From the IMG/VR virus record IMGVR_UViG_3300009159_005817, positions 1-64,000 of that record: a DNA stretch of 64,000 bases; one strand, written 5' to 3'. Position numbers and translations under genes: made by a program. Below are positions 58,062 to 64,000 of the stretch, one piece after another; positions within the stretch are counted from its first letter, which is position 1; each line of letters starts with the position of its first letter. The notes beneath the pieces are model-generated. The model saw only the letters and a list, made by a program, of their open reading frames with translations. It was not told the DNA's origin and did not search any database. Source of the stretch: an uncultured virus (IMG/VR IMGVR_UViG_3300009159_005817) (Duplodnaviria; Heunggongvirae; Uroviricota; Caudoviricetes).

Positions 58062-58343
58062 ATGGAAAACAAATCAAATACCGTCTTTGGAAAACTTAAA
58101 TGGTTCTTTACCGAACTTATGAAAATGTACAGCAGTGAAAAATCATATTTCTCTAAGAAGAGAGTTGAATCTGGAATTGCTTTTGTCATATCTCAATGGG
58201 GTATGATTTGGTTCTTAATAAAGAAAATCGATGTACTAACTGCATCCGATATGTTAATTTGGGCAGGTATTGAATTTGCCGTTGCTGGATATATGATTAA
58301 TCAAATCCAAAAAGAGAAGAAGACCGAAGATACTTCTAATTAA
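58062..58343 (+). CDS. Two-TM membrane protein (holin-like candidate)
   Basis: SKKRVES followed by two hydrophobic helices and a charged tail. Confidence 0.5.
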   Translation: MENKSNTVFGKLKWFFTELMKMYSSEKSYFSKKRVESGIAFVISQWGMIWFLIKKIDVLTASDMLIWAGIEFAVAGYMINQIQKEKKTEDTSN

Positions 58344-58381
58344 ATTTTACATATAATTACTATATTCTAAATAGTAATAAT

Positions 58382-58792
58382 ATGCAAACATCAGCCGGAA
58401 TACTTTTCATATTAGACAACAAAGCGCTATTAGCACATTCAACTAATTCAAGATGGTGGAATTCATGGATGCCACCTAAAGGTCATGTTGAAGACGGGGA
58501 GTCTTTACCACAAACAGCAGCCAGGGAAACCGAAGAAGAAATTGGTTGGCGAATAGATCCTAAATATCTTAAAGAAAGTTTTCTAGTAGAATATCAAAAA
58601 TCTAATATGGTTTGGAAACAAATACACATATTTCCGATTTATCTAGATTCCATTAATGACGATAGATTAAAAATTGTAGGAGATCTTCAAAAAGAAGAAG
58701 TTGATGCTATTGAATGGATGGATCATGATATGATTATTAAAAGATCTAATCGAGGTTATGTTACACATATATTAAACGCAATAAAAAAATAA
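58382..58792 (+). CDS. Nudix hydrolase
   Basis: PKGHVEDGESLPQTAARETEEEIG. Confidence 0.9.
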   Translation: MQTSAGILFILDNKALLAHSTNSRWWNSWMPPKGHVEDGESLPQTAARETEEEIGWRIDPKYLKESFLVEYQKSNMVWKQIHIFPIYLDSINDDRLKIVGDLQKEEVDAIEWMDHDMIIKRSNRGYVTHILNAIKK

Positions 58793-58797
58793 AAATT

Positions 58798-59772
58798 ATG
58801 CACGAAACACGCATTCCTAAAGTTAAAGGTTTCATTGATTCACGAGAAGTAAAAGTACATGGAACATTCGTAAAAGGTTGGGTTTGTCCTCTTGATCGAA
58901 GAACTCCATACGAAATGAAGTTACTCGTTGATGGAATCGAAATGCCAATCGCATCAGGTATGGAAAGACCAGATGTATCAAAGGTATATTACAAAAAAGA
59001 AAAACAATTTGGATTTCAAACCGTATTTCCTAATACTGCAAAAACCGCAATAGTACTTATTAAAAATGAATATGGTACATGGGATGAGGTATTCGATTTA
59101 TTAGGAATTCCCGAAGCAGTAACTCCTAAAGCAGAAACCTCTAATGAAGATCTAGATAAAATATTTAAAACGACTAACGAATGGAAAACGTTCTTATGCG
59201 TTGATAATTTTTATGACGATCCTGATGCAGTTAGAGAATTTGCATTGAATCAAGATTTTCAAATACACAAAGATTATCATAAAGGAAGACGAACTGATGT
59301 AGTATATCGTCCTGAAGGTTTAAGAGAAAAATTCGAAAAGATCATTGGTAGAAAAATCACTTCATGGGACAAATATGGAGTTAATGGATGTTTTCAACAT
59401 TGTATAGCCGAAGATCAAGTGGTTTATCATTTTGATTCGCAAAATTATGCAGGTGTAATTTATCTAACACCAGATGCACCACCCGAAAGTGGAACTACAT
59501 TCTATCGCTCTAAGAAAAACAAACTAACAAAAATCATGGATAATCCTCATGCAACAGCAACCGGAAAATCATTTGATGAATTACATAAGGAAACTTTCGA
59601 AAGAGGATTCTATGATTCTACTCAATTCGATGTAGTGGATGTTGTTGGTAACGTTTACAATCGATTAGTTATATGGGATGCATTAACACTCCATGCAGCT
59701 ACTAAATATTTTGGAACAGATCTACATAATTCCAGACTATTCCATCTATTCTTCTTCGACGTAGAGAAATAA
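58798..59772 (+). CDS. 2OG-Fe(II) oxygenase-like protein with extra N-terminal domain
   Basis: VDNFYDDPDAVR, YHFD, AGVIYL, GTTFY, YNRLVIW...H, RLFHLFF. Confidence 0.75.
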   Translation: MHETRIPKVKGFIDSREVKVHGTFVKGWVCPLDRRTPYEMKLLVDGIEMPIASGMERPDVSKVYYKKEKQFGFQTVFPNTAKTAIVLIKNEYGTWDEVFDLLGIPEAVTPKAETSNEDLDKIFKTTNEWKTFLCVDNFYDDPDAVREFALNQDFQIHKDYHKGRRTDVVYRPEGLREKFEKIIGRKITSWDKYGVNGCFQHCIAEDQVVYHFDSQNYAGVIYLTPDAPPESGTTFYRSKKNKLTKIMDNPHATATGKSFDELHKETFERGFYDSTQFDVVDVVGNVYNRLVIWDALTLHAATKYFGTDLHNSRLFHLFFFDVEK

Positions 59773-59828
59773 AATAGATATTCTTCATTAATGCGTAGTT
59801 CATATAATTTAAAATACACATTAATCAA

Positions 59829-60524
59829 ATGAAAAAAGTAGAAGCTCTGTTTATATCAGATGTACATCTAGGAAGTAAAGGATCTAATGCCGCAAAGTTA
59901 TTAGAAACTTTAAAACAATATGAACCGGAGAAATTATTTATTGTCGGTGACTTCATTGATGGTTGGCTGCTAAAGAAGCGACATTATTGGACACAGGATT
60001 ATACTAACGTAATTCGTAAAATTTTATCATACTCAAAACGAGGAACTCAAGTGATTTATATAACAGGAAATCATGACGAGTTCCTTCGTCATTATGCACC
60101 AACCGATCTAGGTGACAATATACAAATTGCTGATGAATGGATTTGGAATGGATATTTCATAACACATGGAGATTTATACGATGGAGTTGTTAGCCTAAAA
60201 TGGTTAGCTCATTTAGGATCTGCTGGTTACGAATTAGCAATTACCATTGATCGATTCATGAAACGTTTTGGTTATAAGAAATCTTTATCTAAATGGGCTA
60301 AAGATTCAGTAAAAGATGCAGTAAAATTTATCACATCGTTCGAATCTCAATTAGCTTTTCAAGCAGATAAACGCAATTGTACTGGCGTAATTTGCGGACA
60401 TATACATAAACCAGAGAATAAAATAATTGATGGTATACATTATCTCAATTGTGGAGATTGGATAGAAAACAATACATACATAGTATATGATAAAGGAACA
60501 TTTGACAATCGTCATTCCGTGTAA
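59829..60524 (+). CDS. lpxH: UDP-2,3-diacylglucosamine diphosphatase-like metallophosphoesterase
   Basis: ISDVHLG, VGDFIDGW, GNHD, HGDLYD, CGHIH, YLNCGDW. Confidence 0.8.
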   Translation: MKKVEALFISDVHLGSKGSNAAKLLETLKQYEPEKLFIVGDFIDGWLLKKRHYWTQDYTNVIRKILSYSKRGTQVIYITGNHDEFLRHYAPTDLGDNIQIADEWIWNGYFITHGDLYDGVVSLKWLAHLGSAGYELAITIDRFMKRFGYKKSLSKWAKDSVKDAVKFITSFESQLAFQADKRNCTGVICGHIHKPENKIIDGIHYLNCGDWIENNTYIVYDKGTFDNRHSV

Positions 60525-61191
60525 AAACGAAGAGAATTACATATTAGAAACCCTATATTCAATAGAAAAACAGGAGTGGATCGTTGGAACTCGAGTAATT
60601 ATTGCCGATGCAAATTCTACGGATTCTACTCGACAAAGAATAAAAGAATATCAAGAACATTCTTTACTTAATATTGAGGTAATTGATGGAGGTTCCGTTT
60701 CATTTGGTAGAAATGCCGGTGCCAAATTATGCGATACTCAATACGTTCTTTTTATGGATGCAGATTCTCATCTTTTTGAAACGGATATTATATTCGAAGC
60801 CATCTTTCAAATATTACATTATGCAGATCTAGTAACATGCAAATTAAAATGTACACAAAAAATACTTAAAGCAAATATCATATACCGAACATTTAATATC
60901 ATACAAAGTCTTATGCCAGAAACATTTTCGACTGGAGTTTTTATGATGGTTAATATGGATGAATATCGAAGAATTGGTGGATTCAATGAAGATCTACATC
61001 AATCCGAAGATTATATCTTCTCTAGAAATATTCCTAAAAAGAGATTCCAGATTATAGATAGATTTACCGGACAAGACGATCGAAGATTTAAGAAGACCGG
61101 ATATTTAGGTATGTTAAAGCTGGTATTCAGTAATTACCTTAATCGTAATAACATAGAACACTTTAAGAAAGACGTAAATTATTGGAAATAA
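60487..61191 (+). CDS. GT2 glycosyltransferase
   Basis: IVIPCKNE, ADANSTD, GRNAGA, FMDAD, SEDY. Confidence 0.9.
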   Translation: MIKEHLTIVIPCKNEENYILETLYSIEKQEWIVGTRVIIADANSTDSTRQRIKEYQEHSLLNIEVIDGGSVSFGRNAGAKLCDTQYVLFMDADSHLFETDIIFEAIFQILHYADLVTCKLKCTQKILKANIIYRTFNIIQSLMPETFSTGVFMMVNMDEYRRIGGFNEDLHQSEDYIFSRNIPKKRFQIIDRFTGQDDRRFKKTGYLGMLKLVFSNYLNRNNIEHFKKDVNYWK

Positions 61192-61222
61192 TGAATCATA
61201 TAATAACTTTAAATTAATAAAC

Positions 61223-62083
61223 ATGAGTAAAGAAACAATCGGAATCATCGGTCAAGGCTTTGTTGGATCAGCCGTTCGAGAAGGAATGCAAAATTATTTT
61301 GATATTTTAGCATTTGATAAAGATCCAAATAAATACAGCAATGTAGAATCAATATATCATATGATTGAATCTACCAGTATTGCTTTTCTTTGTGTACCTA
61401 CTCCAATGAAAAAATCAGGTGAATGTGATTTATCAATCGTTAGAAATGCATTAACAGAAATCTCTAATATAGCAAAGTCGCTATCCGTTGAAGATTTTAT
61501 CGTGGTTATGAAATCTACGGTTCCACCAGGAACAACTGATAAATTGAATAGTGAATATTCCAATTTAGATATCCTATTCAATCCTGAATTTCTAACAGAA
61601 GCTAATGCAACCGAAGATTACAAAAATCAAAATCGTATTATTGTAGGTGGTGAAAGACCTGGATCTACAAAAGTTAAAGCAATTTTCGCTAAAGCATTTC
61701 CGAAAGTGCCTATCATCAAAACATCTTCCACTATCGCGGAAACTATTAAGTATGTAACTAATACATTCTTGGCAATGAAGGTTTCGTATGCAAATGAAAT
61801 CTTTCAAATGTGTCAAGCTCTTAATGTAGATTACGATAAAGTAATTGAATATGCTCGATACGATGACCGTTTAGGTAATTCACATTGGTCAGTACCCGGA
61901 CCAGATGGTGATTATGGATTTGGTGGACATTGCTTCCCAAAAGATATTGCAGCACTACAATATGTTGCAAAAAACCTTAACGTAGATTCCACTATGTTAA
62001 CCGCTACAATTAATAAAAATAACCTTGTTCGCACTGATTTAGATTGGACTAAACAAATCGGTAGAGCAGTATCTGCAGAATAA
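61223..62083 (+). CDS. ugd: UDP-glucose/GDP-mannose 6-dehydrogenase family (short form)
   Basis: IGQGFVG, CVPTP, KSTVPPGT, NPEFL, GFGGHCFPKD. Confidence 0.9.
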   Translation: MSKETIGIIGQGFVGSAVREGMQNYFDILAFDKDPNKYSNVESIYHMIESTSIAFLCVPTPMKKSGECDLSIVRNALTEISNIAKSLSVEDFIVVMKSTVPPGTTDKLNSEYSNLDILFNPEFLTEANATEDYKNQNRIIVGGERPGSTKVKAIFAKAFPKVPIIKTSSTIAETIKYVTNTFLAMKVSYANEIFQMCQALNVDYDKVIEYARYDDRLGNSHWSVPGPDGDYGFGGHCFPKDIAALQYVAKNLNVDSTMLTATINKNNLVRTDLDWTKQIGRAVSAE

Positions 62084-62084
62084 T

Positions 62085-62342
62085 ATGAGTATATTAAAAG
62101 ATCAAAAAGTAAATTGGATCCAATCTAAAGAAGATACCAAGAAAGTTGAAGATAAAAAAGCAATGAGTGGTAAAGAAAGACTTAAAACCATCACTGCAAT
62201 TATTACTGCTCAACAGACAATAAATGAAAAATGTAAGTTGGTATATGAAAGTAAACCAACTTCTGAATTGTATAGCATCATCATAATGAACGATGTTAAT
62301 TTAAGCGTATTAGAAAAAATAAAAGTACAAAATGAAGGTTAA
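62085..62342 (+). CDS. Hypothetical protein
   Basis: ORF in tandem array. Confidence 0.55.
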   Translation: MSILKDQKVNWIQSKEDTKKVEDKKAMSGKERLKTITAIITAQQTINEKCKLVYESKPTSELYSIIIMNDVNLSVLEKIKVQNEG

Positions 62343-62682
62343 TACTAATAAGATTGATGGAATGGTTATTCGTGATAACGAAACCTACATCGTAGAAGAC
62401 AATCGTTTTTTGAAGAATATGGTTCTATCAAAAACTACATTACATCCTGGTAAAGATACTTCAGGACATTCACATCCTGGTCTCGAGGAAGTTTACTTCT
62501 TCAAAAAAGGAAGTGGTGTTATGCAATTAGATGAAGAATTTATCGATGTTGCTGAAGGCGATATTGTTCTAATTCCAGACGGTGCGTTTCATAAAGTATA
62601 CAATTCAAAACATCCTTCAGGATGGAGTCAACATTCACTTGAATTTGTATGTGTATTTCAATCATACGAAAGAGAAGATTAA
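62332..62682 (+). CDS. Cupin domain protein
   Basis: GHSH...EEVYFF..GSG...GDIVLIP.G.FH. Confidence 0.85.
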   Translation: MKVNTNKIDGMVIRDNETYIVEDNRFLKNMVLSKTTLHPGKDTSGHSHPGLEEVYFFKKGSGVMQLDEEFIDVAEGDIVLIPDGAFHKVYNSKHPSGWSQHSLEFVCVFQSYERED

Positions 62683-62694
62683 CAGATAAAATAT

Positions 62695-62994
62695 ATGAAC
62701 TTAACAAACGAATTTATGCCTATTCGAGAATGGGCAAAAGACAAAGGAATCTACGAGAAAGGCGATCCTCTAACACAATTCGCTAAGCTATCCGAAGAAA
62801 TGGGTGAATTAGCTATGTCATTGCTAAAGAAGAATGATGCGGAATTTCAAGATGCTATTGGTGATTGTGTAGTGGTACTTACGAATCTAGCAAAACTTAA
62901 AGGTTATAACATTGAGGATTGTATCAATGGATCTTATGAGGTTATTGCAAAACGTAAAGGACAAATGGTTAATGGAACTTTCGTAAAAGAATAA
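62695..62994 (+). CDS. mazG: MazG-like nucleotide pyrophosphohydrolase
   Basis: KLSEEMGELA, DAIGD, RKGQMVNGTFVKE. Confidence 0.85.
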   Translation: MNLTNEFMPIREWAKDKGIYEKGDPLTQFAKLSEEMGELAMSLLKKNDAEFQDAIGDCVVVLTNLAKLKGYNIEDCINGSYEVIAKRKGQMVNGTFVKE

Positions 62995-63042
62995 TGTTAA
63001 TAACTTTCAATAATTAAATTTTTTTATTCCGCAAAAAAGTAT
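62994..63042 (+). promoter_or_regulatory. Truncated promoter cassette copy 8 (lacks the -7 box)
   Basis: TGTTAATAACTT...TTTTTATTCCGCAAAAAAGTAT then diverges at 63043. Confidence 0.7.
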
Positions 63043-63265
63043 GACAAAAGAAAAATTAGATAAGGAATTACGAGAGCTTGCCGTGGGCGCAATCGATGCT
63101 GGAGACATAGACGATTCAATGGCATTCGATATTGCGGATGGCTGGCTAATGGATAATCCAACCGCGAATGCAGCGATCAAGAAGTACTATGGCGCAAGCG
63201 ATGCACAAGGCTTTGTGGCCAATCGAATCTGTTGGCCTAACGTCCGAAACTTACTTAACCCTTAA
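63041..63265 (+). CDS. Hypothetical protein, compositionally atypical (GC-richer)
   Basis: ORF with many GCC/GGC/GCG/GTG codons, unlike neighbours. Confidence 0.5.
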   Translation: MTKEKLDKELRELAVGAIDAGDIDDSMAFDIADGWLMDNPTANAAIKKYYGASDAQGFVANRICWPNVRNLLNP

Positions 63266-63292
63266 AACCAATTAACATGACAACCCAGGAGA

Positions 63293-63892
63293 ATGATAGA
63301 CAATCTAGAAATAATAAAGAGCATTCTTAATTTCCAGAAGCGAGGTGACTTCTATATGTTATACGTTTTCAAACGCAAGAAAGATCAACCTGAAGGAGAA
63401 CGTAATAATCATCAATCAGTAAGAACTATTAAAACTTATTGCATCGAAAGTATCGATCATCTAGAAAGACGATACGATGAAATCCGTCAAATGTGCGAAA
63501 TGTTTAAAGCCCGAGCATATATACATGTACAAAAGCAAAATCACTTTGATGTTTCTCTTAATATGATGGTTGCACTTGCTCAACGAATTCAAGATGGAAA
63601 CGTCAATCAAAAAGGTTTATTCGATTCGGTTGTTGGTCAAATCAAAACGCAAGAAAAACTTTGGATAGTCGATATCGATACACAAGATCTACAAGAACTA
63701 AGAAACATTCAAGTAACTATTAATCAATGCAAACCAGAAGGACCAAAAACTAAATACATCGTTCCAACTAAAAACGGATGGCATTTAATTACTGATCGTT
63801 TCGACGTATTAGAATTTTCAAAGAAACATCCTGAAGTAGATATCCAAAAGAAGAACCCTACTTTATTATATTTACCTAATAGCTTATCTTAA
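63293..63892 (+). CDS. Conserved-looking phage protein with AEP/primpol-like motifs
   Basis: WIVDID and PTKNGWHLI. Confidence 0.5.
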   Translation: MIDNLEIIKSILNFQKRGDFYMLYVFKRKKDQPEGERNNHQSVRTIKTYCIESIDHLERRYDEIRQMCEMFKARAYIHVQKQNHFDVSLNMMVALAQRIQDGNVNQKGLFDSVVGQIKTQEKLWIVDIDTQDLQELRNIQVTINQCKPEGPKTKYIVPTKNGWHLITDRFDVLEFSKKHPEVDIQKKNPTLLYLPNSLS

Positions 63893-63893
63893 A

Positions 63894-63962
63894 TTGTTAA
63901 TAACTTTTTACGAAAACAGTTTTTTATTCCACAAAAAAGTATTATATTTATACTATAATTAA
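63894..63962 (+). promoter_or_regulatory. Repeated promoter cassette copy 9
   Basis: TTGTTAATAAC at 63894; TATATTTA at 63943. Confidence 0.75.
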
Positions 63963-63973
63963 ATACTCAAAAT

Positions 63974-64000
63974 ATGAAAAACTTTCGAATCGTTATTAAA
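63974..64000 (+). CDS. 5' end of a hypothetical protein (partial; MKNFRIVIK)
   Basis: ATG after promoter cassette, open to the window edge. Confidence 0.5.

Noticed and set aside
791..61816. Minus-strand ORFs in the track (e.g. 791-1030, 2012-2350, 16543-17223, 17956-18291, 18922-19263, 19795-20187, 56971-57366)
   Set aside because: They lie antisense to well-supported + strand genes, have no recognisable motifs, and are explained by codon bias of the sense gene
9331..63962. TTGTTAATAAC repeats as a CRISPR array or insertion-sequence ends
   Set aside because: Copies are dispersed, separated by whole genes, all in the same orientation and tied to promoter boxes; no cas operon or transposase
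1..64000. Stop-codon reassignment (alternative genetic code), as seen in some large phages
   Set aside because: Conserved enzymes translate full-length with the standard code, coding density is high, and TAG and TGA both end genes

Overview
A 64-kb, AT-rich, densely coding segment with essentially all genes on the + strand. It most likely comes from a large (jumbo, T4-like) tailed phage infecting a Bacteroidetes host. Phage evidence: a two-subunit type II topoisomerase, gp26/gp51-like tail chaperones before a tape-measure-like gene, PhoH and many small ORFans. Host evidence: TAnnTTTG promoter boxes, a T9SS C-terminal sorting domain and an Hc1-like histone. Main observations: (1) about 18 otherwise unrelated proteins share an N-terminal MK..[FY]..F[LI]NE leader resembling the T4 capsid-targeting sequence. 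They include enzymes, and one looks like a polyprotein punctuated by ESVNE sites. (2) Two rare-sugar pathways are present: a 2,3-dehydratase/3-ketoreductase/aminotransferase/acetyltransferase operon and a ColD/ColC-like colitose operon with four glycosyltransferases. (3) An eight-gene secreted/outer-membrane module encodes a cohesin-dockerin-T9SS protein, a CsgG-like protein, a beta-barrel and a C-type lectin. (4) A promoter cassette occurs nine times with an exact 49-nt internal spacing, and one copy is broken by a GC-richer ORF. (5) One gene is bracketed by an inverted repeat and has a structured leader. (6) There is a candidate +1 frameshift in the tail chaperone pair. All product calls come from motif recognition by eye, without database searches. 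No tRNA, rRNA or CRISPR array was recognised.
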